Shown: positions 1 to 9,374 of the stretch, piece after piece
Numbering within the stretch: the stretch's first letter is position 1
How the letters are laid out: each line of letters starts with the position of its first letter
Origin: Eubacteriales bacterium
GTDB lineage: Bacteria > Bacillota > Clostridia > Oscillospirales > CAG-272
DNA length: 48,669 bases
NCBI GenBank assembly: GCA_045588715.1
Contig: JAZNEQ010000023.1
Span: 1-48,669, forward strand
Reading direction: 5' to 3'
Program-made: the position numbers and the translations under genes
The notes under the pieces: model-generated
The model's input: only the letters and a program-made list of their open reading frames with translations
Database searches by the model: none
What the model was told of the DNA's origin: nothing

Positions 1-127
1 TTTGATGAATTTTTGTGGGGCGAGGCGCAGGGAAGTGTGGACTTTTGGGTCCGAGCCACGCAAAAAGGCGCGGAAATTGATCGTCGAGAGGCTCGTTGGT
101 TCGAGTCCCGTTTGGTTATGCGTGACA

Positions 128-176
128 GATAGCGGTTCCAAAGACAAAAACGTATTTTGAGCCGCTATCCTTTTTT
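128..176 (+). terminator. Rho-independent terminator of an upstream transcript
   Basis: GATAGCGG (128-135) pairs with CCGCTATC (162-169), followed by a T-tract. Confidence 0.6.
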
Positions 177-200
177 ATTTCTGATTCCACTCAAAAAATG

Positions 201-229
201 TTTACAAAAAAGATATTCCATGATATACT
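201..229 (+). promoter_or_regulatory. sigma-A promoter of the MFS-GDPD operon
   Basis: TTTACA-17 nt-TATACT with an extended TG at 221-222. Confidence 0.65.
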
Positions 230-259
230 GAATTTATCACATTTTGAAAGGAAACGACC

Positions 260-1666
260 ATGAAATTAAACTACAAACGCGTTTTGCTTGTCGGTATGGC
301 ATTTTTTCTTATTTCTGCCTTTTGGCAAGCGTACGATGCCATCGTTCCCCTGATCCTTACCAACCACTATGGTCTGCCCCAATCGGTATCGGGTGCCGTT
401 ATGTCCATTGATAACGTGCTGGCGGTCTTTATGCTCCCCATCTTCGGTGCGCTCTCCGACCGTGTAAACACCCGCTACGGAAAACGCACACCCTTTATTC
501 TCATTGGTACCGTCATTGCCGTGATCTCCTTCGTCGCCCTCACCTTGATCGATAATTATCAGCTTTCCCTGCTTGCCGCAAAAGGCATTCCCGAGCTTGC
601 AGCAGGCGGACTTACCGACGAAGCGATCGCCGCGAAGGTCAGCGAAATGACCCTGCAATTAACGCTGGAAAATCCCCTGCCCTTTATCGGTTTCATCGCA
701 ACACTTCTGGTCGTTCTGATTGCCATGGCGACCTTCCGCTCCCCCGCGGTGGCTCTCATGCCCGACGTTACAGTCAAGCCCTTGCGCTCCAAGGCAAACG
801 CGATCATCAACCTTACGGGTACGGCAGGCGGCATTCTCGTGCTGGTTCTCGGCATTGTTTTTGCCACCTCCAAAAACCATTACATGCAATACACGGGCTA
901 CGTGGTAGCAGTCGTTTCGATCATGCTGGCGGGGCTTATCGTCTTCCTCCTCTCGGTCAAGGAAAAGAAATGGGCAGAGGAAATGACGGCAGATTCCATC
1001 CGCCTCGGTCTTGAGGAAGCACCGGAGACAGAAACGGCAGAAAAGCGAAAGCTTTCCCGCCCTGAGCTTACCTCGCTTCTGCTCATCCTTGCATCCGTGG
1101 CGCTTTGGTACATCGGATACAACTCCATCACCAGCAAATATTCGGTTTACGCTACCAATATTCTCGGCTTTGACTTCAATCTCACACTGATCATCGCACA
1201 GGCGGCAGCAATCGTCACCTACATCCCTGTGGGAATGATCGCCTCAAAGCTTGGACGCAGAAAAACCATTCTCGGCGGTGTTCTGATTCTCGGTACAGCA
1301 TTTTTGATCGGCTATTTCATCACACCCGATACGCCCGCCTTCGTTATGTATCCTATCTTTATTATGGCAGGCATCGGCTGGGCAACCATCAACGTCAATT
1401 CCTTCCCCATGGTCGTTGAGCTTTCTCACGGCGGCGACGTTGGAAAATACATGGGTTACTACTATACCGCGTCGATGTCGGCACAGATCGTAGCACCTAT
1501 TCTGTCGGGCGTTCTTTACGATCTGATCGGTATGCGCCACGTATTCTTTACCTTTGGCGCGATCTTCGTTTACCTCTCCTTTGTCACCATGTTCTTCGTA
1601 AAGCACGGTGACGCCAAAATCATTGAAAAAAAGGACCTGCTCTCGCAGCTGGACGTGGATAACTGA
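260..1666 (+). CDS. MFS transporter (sugar/maltose permease-like)
   Basis: About 12 TM helices; MFS motif A 'GALSDRVNTRYGKRTPF'; SD GAAAGGA. Confidence 0.85.
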   Translation: MKLNYKRVLLVGMAFFLISAFWQAYDAIVPLILTNHYGLPQSVSGAVMSIDNVLAVFMLPIFGALSDRVNTRYGKRTPFILIGTVIAVISFVALTLIDNYQLSLLAAKGIPELAAGGLTDEAIAAKVSEMTLQLTLENPLPFIGFIATLLVVLIAMATFRSPAVALMPDVTVKPLRSKANAIINLTGTAGGILVLVLGIVFATSKNHYMQYTGYVVAVVSIMLAGLIVFLLSVKEKKWAEEMTADSIRLGLEEAPETETAEKRKLSRPELTSLLLILASVALWYIGYNSITSKYSVYATNILGFDFNLTLIIAQAAAIVTYIPVGMIASKLGRRKTILGGVLILGTAFLIGYFITPDTPAFVMYPIFIMAGIGWATINVNSFPMVVELSHGGDVGKYMGYYYTASMSAQIVAPILSGVLYDLIGMRHVFFTFGAIFVYLSFVTMFFVKHGDAKIIEKKDLLSQLDVDN

Positions 1667-2481
1667 TGCCTATCTTTCTTTATATTCTTGTACCGATCCT
1701 CTCCTTTCTTTTCCTCCTGCTCCTTTTGTATCTGCTTCTCTTTATTCGCCCTCACAAGGCAAAAAACATCGATCCCGCGCTTCTTTGCGACTATGCGCAC
1801 CGCGGACTTCACAGCAAAGAAATTCCCGAAAACTCCTTGTCCGCGTTCCAAAAGGCGGTCGACTGCTCCAAGGGGATCGAGCTTGACGTTCAACTCTCCC
1901 GCGACGGACACGTGATGGTATTTCACGATGCCACACTGACCCGTATGACGGGGTGCGAAAAAAAGCTTTGCGAGCTTACCGCAGAGGAGCTCCGTACGCT
2001 TTCCCTTGCGGACAGTGATCAAAAGATCCCACTGTTTTCCGAGGTGCTTTCCCTGGTCAACGGGCAAGTACCCTTGCTTGTAGAATTGAAGGGTGAAAGC
2101 TTTGACACATCTCTTTGTGCCAAGGTTGCAGAGCTTTTGCGCACCTATGACGGTCCCTATTGCATCGAATCCTTCAACCCTCTCCTGATCAGGGAGATGC
2201 GGCGAGAGCTTGGGGATGCCTTTTACGGACTTCTTTATACCAACGTTTGCCGTGATAAAAAGAAGGTGTCGTTTCTCAACGTTCTTTTGACCGTTATGGC
2301 ATTCAACTTCTTGGCACACCCCGATTTTATCGCCTATAACAAGGACGATCAAAAAACGCTCCCCGTTTGGATCACCACCGCGCTTTACCGCGCCCCCAAA
2401 TTCGTTTGGACAGTGAACACAGAGGAAGAGTTCAACCAAGCAAGAGAGACGAATGCGCACCCCATTTTCGAGGATCTTTAA
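1666..2481 (+). CDS. Glycerophosphodiester phosphodiesterase (GDPD) with N-terminal membrane anchor
   Basis: AHRG, PENS, 'GIELDVQLSRDG..VFHD' motifs; TGATG overlap with the MFS gene. Confidence 0.9.
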   Translation: MPIFLYILVPILSFLFLLLLLYLLLFIRPHKAKNIDPALLCDYAHRGLHSKEIPENSLSAFQKAVDCSKGIELDVQLSRDGHVMVFHDATLTRMTGCEKKLCELTAEELRTLSLADSDQKIPLFSEVLSLVNGQVPLLVELKGESFDTSLCAKVAELLRTYDGPYCIESFNPLLIREMRRELGDAFYGLLYTNVCRDKKKVSFLNVLLTVMAFNFLAHPDFIAYNKDDQKTLPVWITTALYRAPKFVWTVNTEEEFNQARETNAHPIFEDL

Positions 2482-2496
2482 ATTTTAAAATTTTCT

Positions 2497-2544
2497 AAAA
2501 ACCGAAGTGCCCGTGTTCACCTTGAACACGTGCACTTCGGTTTT
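2497..2544. terminator. Bidirectional terminator between GDPD and ferritin
   Basis: AAAA-ACCGAAGTGC..GTGTTCA / TGAACAC..GCACTTCGG-TTTT hairpin. Confidence 0.8.
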
Positions 2545-2554
2545 GATAAGCCGA

Positions 2555-3064
2555 TCAGAGCACCAACGACGGTGCCGTATAAACTCTTGCGGCAAGCTCC
2601 TGGTTGAGCAGATACAGGCTTCGGGGATCCGTTCCGAACAGCTCCATTTTGGTGATCATATCGTTTGCGTTGGTCTCCTCCTCGCCCTGCTCCTTGACAA
2701 ACCAATCCAAAAACTGCATGGTGCGGAAATCGCGAGCTTCATACGCTGCGGCATAAATGTCATTGATCAGCGAGGTAACATACTTCTCGTGCTCAAGCCC
2801 CGCCTTTAAAACGTCCATGTGCGCCTCAAACGTTTTGTCGGGCTTTGCGATCGCCTCAAGCGTTACAACTTGGCTTTCGTTTTGGAGGTATTGATAAAAG
2901 AGCATTGCGTGATCTCTTTCCTCCTGTGCCTGGATCATATACCAGTTTGCAAATCCGTCAAGACCGCGCGCCTTGAAATAGTTTGAAAAATCGAGATAAA
3001 GATATGCGGAGTAAAATTCCTTATTGATCTGTGCGTTCAGCAGTTCATGTACCTTTGTATGCAT
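2555..3064 (-). CDS. ftnA: Non-heme bacterial ferritin
   Basis: 'LNAQINKEFYSAYLY', 'QAQEERDHA', 'FLDWFVKEQGEEE' ferroxidase motifs. Confidence 0.92.
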   Translation of the reverse strand: MHTKVHELLNAQINKEFYSAYLYLDFSNYFKARGLDGFANWYMIQAQEERDHAMLFYQYLQNESQVVTLEAIAKPDKTFEAHMDVLKAGLEHEKYVTSLINDIYAAAYEARDFRTMQFLDWFVKEQGEEETNANDMITKMELFGTDPRSLYLLNQELAARVYTAPSLVL

Positions 3065-3105
3065 TTATGTATTCTCCTTTGCCGTTGTTTTTTGTTTACG
3101 AGCTT

Positions 3106-3146
3106 ATTATAACAGTTTTTTTGTGCCGTTTCTGTGACAAAGTCAC
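3106..3146 (-). promoter_or_regulatory. Ferritin promoter: TATAAT (3106-3111) plus candidate Crp/Fnr box GTGAC-N3-GTCAC (3134-3146)
   Basis: Palindromic box 22 nt upstream of the -10; same geometry at the trxA promoter. Confidence 0.7.
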
Positions 3147-3211
3147 GTTTTTGGTTGATTTTTTCAAAAAAGCGTGGTACAATGAAAAAAAACGAAGGTA
3201 CGGAGGCATTT

Positions 3212-3892
3212 ATGAACCAAACAGAGCTGACAGCGCTTTTTGAAAACACCTTTCCCTTTTGGGAAAAGATGACAGAGGACGATCGCGCAACCTTTCTTGC
3301 CTCATCACAATACGTACAGTTTAAAAAAGGAACCAACATCCACGACGGGAACCGTTGTACGGGTGTGATCCTTGTCAAATCGGGGGCGCTCCGCCTGTAT
3401 CTCCTTTCAGAGAGCGGCAAGGAGGTCACGCTTTACAGACTGTTTCCCGGGGATATGTGCATTCTCTCTGCCTCCTGCGTGCTGGAAACGTTGACCTTTG
3501 ACGTTTTTGTGGACTCCGAGGAAAACAGCGAGTGCGTGGTGGTTGGCGGTTGCGCCTACGAGGATCTTTCGCGACGCATGCCCGAGGCAAAGATCTTTGC
3601 CCTGGAAAGTGCCCTTTCCGCCTTTTCGGACGTGATGTGGGTCATGGAGCAGATCCTTTTTATGAGCATGGACCGACGCCTTGCCATCTTTTTACTTGAC
3701 GAATGTTCAAAAAACGCATCCGACACCGTCCATTTAACACACGAGCAGATCGCCAAATACATGGGATCTGCCCGTGAGGTGGTATCCAGAATGTTAAAAT
3801 ACTTTGCGTCGGAGGGGATGGTATCCGTTTCAAGAAGCGATGGGATCCGCATCCTTGACAAGGGACGCCTCAGAGCGCTGACCCGCTCGTGA
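3212..3892 (+). CDS. Crp/Fnr family transcriptional regulator
   Basis: cNMP-binding beta-roll plus HTH 'THEQIAKYMGSAREVVSRMLK'; start placed at ATG 3212 after GGAGG; promoter TTGATT-17-TACAAT at 3155-3183. Confidence 0.92.
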   Translation: MNQTELTALFENTFPFWEKMTEDDRATFLASSQYVQFKKGTNIHDGNRCTGVILVKSGALRLYLLSESGKEVTLYRLFPGDMCILSASCVLETLTFDVFVDSEENSECVVVGGCAYEDLSRRMPEAKIFALESALSAFSDVMWVMEQILFMSMDRRLAIFLLDECSKNASDTVHLTHEQIAKYMGSAREVVSRMLKYFASEGMVSVSRSDGIRILDKGRLRALTRS

Positions 3893-3893
3893 A

Positions 3894-4202
3894 TCAAGCC
3901 TCCAGCATCGCAAGGATCTGTGCCTTGGGACGCGCTCCCGCGGATTGCTGCACCACCTGCCCGTTTTTCATCACAACAAGCGTGGGAATGCTGACAACGC
4001 CAAACGCCCCTGCAAGCTCGGGCTCCTCGTCTACGTTGATCTTTCCGACAAGGTATTCGGGATGCTCTGCGGCAATCTCATCCACGATAGGCGAGACCAT
4101 GCGGCACGGACCGCACCAGGATGCGTAAAAATCAAGCAGTACGGGCTTTTCGCTCTTCTTTATTTCCTCAAAATTGTTTTGATTGATCACTTGTGCTGAC
4201 AT
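3894..4202 (-). CDS. trxA: Thioredoxin
   Basis: WCGPC active site, SIPT cis-Pro motif. Confidence 0.95.
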   Translation of the reverse strand: MSAQVINQNNFEEIKKSEKPVLLDFYASWCGPCRMVSPIVDEIAAEHPEYLVGKINVDEEPELAGAFGVVSIPTLVVMKNGQVVQQSAGARPKAQILAMLEA

Positions 4203-4244
4203 TTTTATATTCTCCTTTTCTTTTTTATCTTGGTTTACGCCTAT

Positions 4245-4285
4245 ATCATAGCATATTTTTCCCCGTGCTTCCGTGATTTAGTCAC
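4245..4285 (-). promoter_or_regulatory. trxA promoter: TATGAT (4245-4250) plus candidate Crp/Fnr box (4273-4285)
   Basis: GTGAT-TTA-GTCAC lies 22 nt from the -10, the same spacing as at the ferritin promoter. Confidence 0.7.
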
Positions 4286-4350
4286 AAACCGCAACGAAGA
4301 CAAAGCATGGAGCCGCGGATTTTCTCTCAAAGCGCCGCCCCACGTCTTTT

Positions 4351-5061
4351 TCATTTGTCTTTTTCTTTGCTTTTTCCTAACAGACTCAAAGCAAGAAGCA
4401 CCTGCGACGGAAGATAAAACACCCAGGCAAGGTTAAAATCGGGATTGAGAAGCACGTGCAAAAAGGAATCTGTGGGAATGGTAAGATAAGGGTCGATACA
4501 GGAAAGCCCTACCACCGTATCGCATAGGATAAACAGCGCAAGCCCCCAGGAGAAAAGCGAACGAAAACCGTTTTGCAAAAATGAAAAAACAACGTTTAAA
4601 AGCAAGCTTGCATAATACGCCATGGAAACCAGCGCTACGGCATCTGCCTTTTCCCCCAGCACCAAAACGGTCAGGAGAAGTGCCACCGCGACCGTACCCG
4701 CCCGCACGGCAAGGTGCACTCTTCGACGCGTTTTATTTTTATCCTCAAAATAAAGGCGTAGGAAATAAAAGGTCTGCGCAAAAAGGAAAAAGATCATAGC
4801 GGGAAGCTGCTCTCTTTCCACGATCAAAACAAGAAAATAATCCGCCCCCACCGTACAAAGGAGTGCTGCCTGGGTAAACCAATAAGCAAGGTGACGACTT
4901 GCAAACGCCACGCAAAAAAGGCAGGCAAGCACCACAGACGCATAAGATGAAACGCGAACCGCATCTCCCTCTGCGCATTGTAAAAAGACACCGAGAAAGC
5001 CTTCGATCAAAACAAAGCTCACGCACAAAAACACGCACAGCCGTTTATTATTTAAGATCAC
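4351..5061 (-). CDS. YhhN/lysoplasmalogenase-like membrane protein
   Basis: Multi-TM; 'GADYFL', 'LFILCDTVVG', 'WVFYLPSQ' motifs; GTG start after GGAGG; promoter TTGACT-17-TATAAT at 5142-5114. Confidence 0.65.
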   Translation of the reverse strand: MILNNKRLCVFLCVSFVLIEGFLGVFLQCAEGDAVRVSSYASVVLACLFCVAFASRHLAYWFTQAALLCTVGADYFLVLIVEREQLPAMIFFLFAQTFYFLRLYFEDKNKTRRRVHLAVRAGTVAVALLLTVLVLGEKADAVALVSMAYYASLLLNVVFSFLQNGFRSLFSWGLALFILCDTVVGLSCIDPYLTIPTDSFLHVLLNPDFNLAWVFYLPSQVLLALSLLGKSKEKDK

Positions 5062-5199
5062 GGGTGGTACACCTCCTCTTTTTCCCAAACGAAAGAGATA
5101 TGGAAACGTATCTATTATACAGGAAGTCCGTTATCAAGTCAAGAGAAGCCCCCAAAAAAGCATTTGTTTCCACAACACCAAATCGATAGGAGACGTATT

Positions 5200-5985
5200 T
5201 TGAGTACTTTAAAGGAAAAAATTCAAAAAAGCGAAAAGCTGTGCGGCACCATTATCAGCCTGACCGACCCTGCCATTGGTGAAATTTTCGGCGGCATTGG
5301 ATACGATTACGTTTGGATCGATATGGAGCACACCTATATGTCCTACAAGGAGGTGCTGTGTCACCTCAACGCAGCGCGCTCACAAGGATGCGCGGGAATC
5401 GTGCGTGTGCCGCAAAACGATTTGACCGCTACCAAAAAAATTGCGGATATGGGGCCCGACGGCATTATTTTTCCCATGGTAAAAACGCCCGAGGAGGCCG
5501 ACGAGCTTATCGCCATGACACTTTATCCTCCGCGTGGAACGCGCGGCTTTGGTCCCATGCGCGCCATCGGCTACGGCAAAACCGATGCCAAGCTCTACAC
5601 CGATGAAAAAAGCCTTACCATGTGTCGCTTTATCCAGATCGAGCACGTTGAATGTATCGAAAATCTTGAAAAAATCCTTCAAAATCCTTATATCGACGGC
5701 TTTATTTTCGGTCCCAACGATCTCTCCGCCTCCCTTGGCGAGATCTGCAATACGGGCGCCGATGCAGTTACAAGGGAAATACAGCGTGCCATCGCGCTTT
5801 TGCGAAAGCATCAAAAATACGTCGGTGCCGCCGTCGGACACTCCGAAGCATCGGTCAGATACTGGACACAGTTTGATATCGACATGATGACCACGGGAGC
5901 CGACTGGAATTATCTGTACGACATGGGGACGCAAAACCTTGAAAATCTCAAGCGATTCCATTTAAAAGAGGAGCATACGTCATGA
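5200..5985 (+). CDS. HpcH/HpaI aldolase/citrate lyase family protein
   Basis: 'WIDMEH', 'YPPRGTRGFGP', 'QIEH', 'FGPNDLSASLG'; TTG start after AGGAG. Confidence 0.88.
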   Translation: MSTLKEKIQKSEKLCGTIISLTDPAIGEIFGGIGYDYVWIDMEHTYMSYKEVLCHLNAARSQGCAGIVRVPQNDLTATKKIADMGPDGIIFPMVKTPEEADELIAMTLYPPRGTRGFGPMRAIGYGKTDAKLYTDEKSLTMCRFIQIEHVECIENLEKILQNPYIDGFIFGPNDLSASLGEICNTGADAVTREIQRAIALLRKHQKYVGAAVGHSEASVRYWTQFDIDMMTTGADWNYLYDMGTQNLENLKRFHLKEEHTS

Positions 5986-6794
5986 AACTTAGCGTATGGT
6001 CAAGCTTTTTTTACGACCTTTCCCCCGAGGATGCGATCCTGACCCTTGCCAAACACGGATATCACTACTGCGAGCTTTCCGACGAACACGCTGCTGTATT
6101 GCTTGAGCGGGGCGACAGTATAAACGTTGGACGTTCATTCGGTGAATTTTCCGCCGCGCACGGCGTGAGCGTATCCCAAGGGCACCTCTTTCTCCGCACG
6201 CACATTTGCGATCCGGCGCACCAAACGCTTCTCAGGCAACAGGTCGACCTGTTTTGCGCGATCGGAATTAAAAATGCGGTGCTTCACTGCGATACGCTGT
6301 CCGACGCGCCCGAACGCACTGAGGAACAATTGCGCGAAAAAAATCTCGCAGCCTTGCGCGAGCTTGTAGCGTATATAGGCGCGCGCGATCTTTGCATCTG
6401 TCTTGAAAACCTGCGTTCCGTTTTTGTTTCATCAAGCGACCTTCTTTATTACGTCAACACGCTGCAAAGTCCGCATCTTGGCATTTGTCTTGATACGGGG
6501 CATCTCAACATTTCAAAGGCGCAAACGCAAAAGGAGTTTATCATGCAAGCAGGCAAGCACCTGCGCGCTCTACATATTGCCGACAACGAAGGGGTTACCG
6601 ATCAACACGTCCTCCCCTTTGGAAGGGGAACGGTTCCCATGAATGAGGTAATAGACGCGCTTGCGCTCGTCGGCTACGACGGTCTTTATAATCTTGAAAT
6701 TCCCGGCGAGGGGCGCGCCCCTTTAAAGATCAGAGAATTAAAGCTGGACTACATTCAAAAAATGTTTCAGTATATTCAAGGGCCCTCTCTTTGA
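5982..6794 (+). CDS. Sugar phosphate isomerase/epimerase (xylose isomerase-like TIM barrel)
   Basis: 'LENL', 'CLDTGH', 'HIADN', 'DQH..P..G' metal motifs; ATGA overlap with the aldolase. Confidence 0.85.
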   Translation: MKLSVWSSFFYDLSPEDAILTLAKHGYHYCELSDEHAAVLLERGDSINVGRSFGEFSAAHGVSVSQGHLFLRTHICDPAHQTLLRQQVDLFCAIGIKNAVLHCDTLSDAPERTEEQLREKNLAALRELVAYIGARDLCICLENLRSVFVSSSDLLYYVNTLQSPHLGICLDTGHLNISKAQTQKEFIMQAGKHLRALHIADNEGVTDQHVLPFGRGTVPMNEVIDALALVGYDGLYNLEIPGEGRAPLKIRELKLDYIQKMFQYIQGPSL

Positions 6795-6950
6795 TCGTTC
6801 ATTTTTTGTTTACTGCTTTTTCATATGCTGTACTTATTTTTTTTGTATAATGTTTACACGATATTTTTAAATCAGTCAAAATCCGTACCTTTTATAACGT
6901 GTTTTTCAATTCAAAACACGCGATTCTATACGTAAAGGAGATATTCGGCC

Positions 6951-7280
6951 ATGAAAATGATCACTGCGATTATCAACAAAAGGGATGCGAATGAAGTATG
7001 CTTTGCCCTCACAGACAACCATTTTGAGTTTACAAAGCTTGCTACCACGGGCGGCTTCCTCCGCGCGGGCAACACCACCCTGCTGATCGGTGTGGAGGAT
7101 GAAAAGTTGGATGCGGTCCTCGATCTTATCCGCAAGAATTGCGCAAAGAGAATGGAGCGCGTTCCCACGGTTCCCACCTCGGAGATGGCTCCCATCGGTT
7201 ACCACTCCTACCCTGCCGAGGTCATGGTCGGCGGTGCGATCGTATTTGTAAACGACGTATGCCACTTTGAAAAAATGTAA
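6951..7280 (+). CDS. darA: PII-like cyclic-di-AMP receptor (DarA/PstA/YaaQ)
   Basis: 'TKLATTGGFLRAGNTTLLIGVEDE' and 'VGGAIVFV' signatures. Confidence 0.92.
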   Translation: MKMITAIINKRDANEVCFALTDNHFEFTKLATTGGFLRAGNTTLLIGVEDEKLDAVLDLIRKNCAKRMERVPTVPTSEMAPIGYHSYPAEVMVGGAIVFVNDVCHFEKM

Positions 7281-7400
7281 TCTTTTGCGGTCAAAGGGAT
7301 ATCGGCAAATGGCAGCATGCTTTGTTCGGTATCTCTTTTTGCGTTTAAGTATTTTAGCACGTAATACAAAATAAAAACCAACACTAAAGGAGATACCAAA

Positions 7401-8201
7401 ATGAGCTTTCTCAAGGGTAAAACAGCAATTATTACAGGAGCGGGCTATGCTGCGCTCTCTAACGGAAAATGCGGCTCCATCGGCTACGGGATCGCGACCG
7501 CCTACGCAAAGGAAGGCGCCAATCTTGTCATTACGGGAAGAAACGTAGCAAAGCTGGAAAAGGCAAAGGAGGAATTGGAGCGTCTTTATTCCATTCGTGT
7601 TTTGGCACTTCCCGCAGACATTTGCGAGGGAGCCGATAACGAAGCCACCGCGCGCGGCGTTGCAGAAGCCGCAATGAAGGAGTTTGGCAGAATCGACGTG
7701 CTCATCAATAACGCGCAGGCTTCCGCATCGGGGGTCACCATCCAGGATCACACCACCGAGCAATTTAACCTTGCCATGTATTCTGGCCTCTATGCAACCT
7801 TCTACTACATGAAGGCATGCTATCCTTACCTTAAGGAGACCCAAGGCAGCATCATCAACTTTGCCTCGGGTGCGGGACTGTTTGGCAATTACGGTCAATG
7901 CTCCTACGCCGCCGCAAAAGAAGGGATCAGAGGCCTATCCCGCGTTGCCGCTACCGAGTGGGCAAAGGACGGTATCAACACCAACGTGGTATGCCCCTTG
8001 GCTTGGACGGCACAGCTCGAGGGCTTTGAAAAAGCGTATCCCGATGCGTTTAAGGCAAACGTAAAAACGCCCCCCGCAGGTCACTTTGGCGACCCCGAAA
8101 CAGAGATCGGCAGGGTGTGCGTTCAGCTTGCCTCCCCCGACTTTAAATATATGAACGGCGAAACGTTGACGCTGGAAGGCGGCATGGGACTTCGTCCTTA
8201 A
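7401..8201 (+). CDS. SDR oxidoreductase, probable NADP-dependent 12-alpha-hydroxysteroid dehydrogenase
   Basis: YAAAK catalytic motif; 'SIGYGIATAYAKEGANLVITGRN', 'NNAQASASG', 'GETLTLEGGMGLRP' match my recollection of clostridial 12-alpha-HSDHs. Confidence 0.8.
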   Translation: MSFLKGKTAIITGAGYAALSNGKCGSIGYGIATAYAKEGANLVITGRNVAKLEKAKEELERLYSIRVLALPADICEGADNEATARGVAEAAMKEFGRIDVLINNAQASASGVTIQDHTTEQFNLAMYSGLYATFYYMKACYPYLKETQGSIINFASGAGLFGNYGQCSYAAAKEGIRGLSRVAATEWAKDGINTNVVCPLAWTAQLEGFEKAYPDAFKANVKTPPAGHFGDPETEIGRVCVQLASPDFKYMNGETLTLEGGMGLRP

Positions 8202-8254
8202 AAAGAAAATGGGACTGCCTCAAATCGTTGATTTGAGGCAGTCCCTGTTTTTTT
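8202..8254. terminator. Bidirectional terminator
   Basis: Perfect 16-bp stem GGGACTGCCTCAAATC / GATTTGAGGCAGTCCC with flanking A and T tracts. Confidence 0.85.
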
Positions 8255-8294
8255 CAAACAACGCGCAAGGTGCGGTTCACTGCTCTTGGCTCTC

Positions 8295-9374
8295 TTAGGA
8301 AGCCGCGGCGGCATTCTCCGATTTGAAAAATTTGATTTTTCCGATCCCCTTTACGACCAGCTTCACAAGCAGACTGAAAAGGTACGCTACGATACAGGAA
8401 ACAATGACGGCGCATACAAAATGCCATACCTTATCCGTTTTGGCATATCCCTTTCCGAAAACGGATTTGAGATAGACATTCTGACGGTAATGGTTCAACA
8501 CGATCAAGGTGCTTGCCGTTCCCAATGCGCGAAGCCACTTTGCGCGAAACAGGTAGGAAGAATAGGAAAGTCCGCAAATACCGATCAAAAGCAGTCCGAA
8601 AAGCACACCTACCAAAACATAATCGTAAGAGCTGGTGGAATGCTCGTGCATCGCATAAAAGAAGTACGCAAAGCCACAAAGCTCGACAACGGTAAAGACG
8701 ATGCGCCCCACACGCGTTACCTGCTTGTTTGCAAGCCCATTACCGATTTCATAGAGCAAGCATCCTGCCGAGCAACCGGCAAGCGCCCTTAAAACGCCGG
8801 CATTCACCATCTTCTCCTCCAAAAATTCGGGACCGACAGCGATATGACCGTAAAAATGACTCAACACACCGTAAAAGAAAAATATTGCAAGCGGGCACGC
8901 GACCAATGTAAAGTTACTTTTATACTTTCTGCAAAAAGGATACAGAATAGCAAGCGCCAAAAACATGGAGGATAGATACCAAGAAATTCCGACAACGTAA
9001 ACCCCTTTAAAACCCGCCGTTCTCAACGGAAAAACCTCAAATATCAAAAGCGGCAAGCGGTCAAGTGCGGTAAGGACATCATGGTTATTGCCAATGGAAG
9101 ACAGCACAAAAGCGATCACTACGGACGGCAGCAGTATGGGAAACAGCGCCATATATTTATGACCGAGAAAACGAGCGGTCGCTTTTCCGCTCCCCTCCAA
9201 GGGATGTTTGTCTCTTTCGATCGACTTCATCATCAAAAAGCCCGTGATCATAAAAAAGCCTTCTACTGCGATACGCCCACCCGGGAACCACCCCGTACCG
9301 AGATGAAACTCCGCAATTATGATCGCAAAGATGAATTTGATCACGTCAATGTAATAATTTCTTTTTGAGGTCAT
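8295..9374 (-). CDS. Acyltransferase-3 (OafA-like) membrane O-acyltransferase
   Basis: 'RNYYIDVIK', 'VEGFFMITGF', 'SWYLS' motifs; ~10 TM; start at 9374 after GGAGG; promoter TTGACA-17-TATAAT at 9465-9437. Confidence 0.82.
   Translation of the reverse strand: MTSKRNYYIDVIKFIFAIIIAEFHLGTGWFPGGRIAVEGFFMITGFLMMKSIERDKHPLEGSGKATARFLGHKYMALFPILLPSVVIAFVLSSIGNNHDVLTALDRLPLLIFEVFPLRTAGFKGVYVVGISWYLSSMFLALAILYPFCRKYKSNFTLVACPLAIFFFYGVLSHFYGHIAVGPEFLEEKMVNAGVLRALAGCSAGCLLYEIGNGLANKQVTRVGRIVFTVVELCGFAYFFYAMHEHSTSSYDYVLVGVLFGLLLIGICGLSYSSYLFRAKWLRALGTASTLIVLNHYRQNVYLKSVFGKGYAKTDKVWHFVCAVIVSCIVAYLFSLLVKLVVKGIGKIKFFKSENAAAAS

Noticed and set aside
6951-7280. darA and nrnA as a linked c-di-AMP signalling/defence system
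   Set aside because: Both are common housekeeping genes, over 31 kb apart, with no cyclase nearby.
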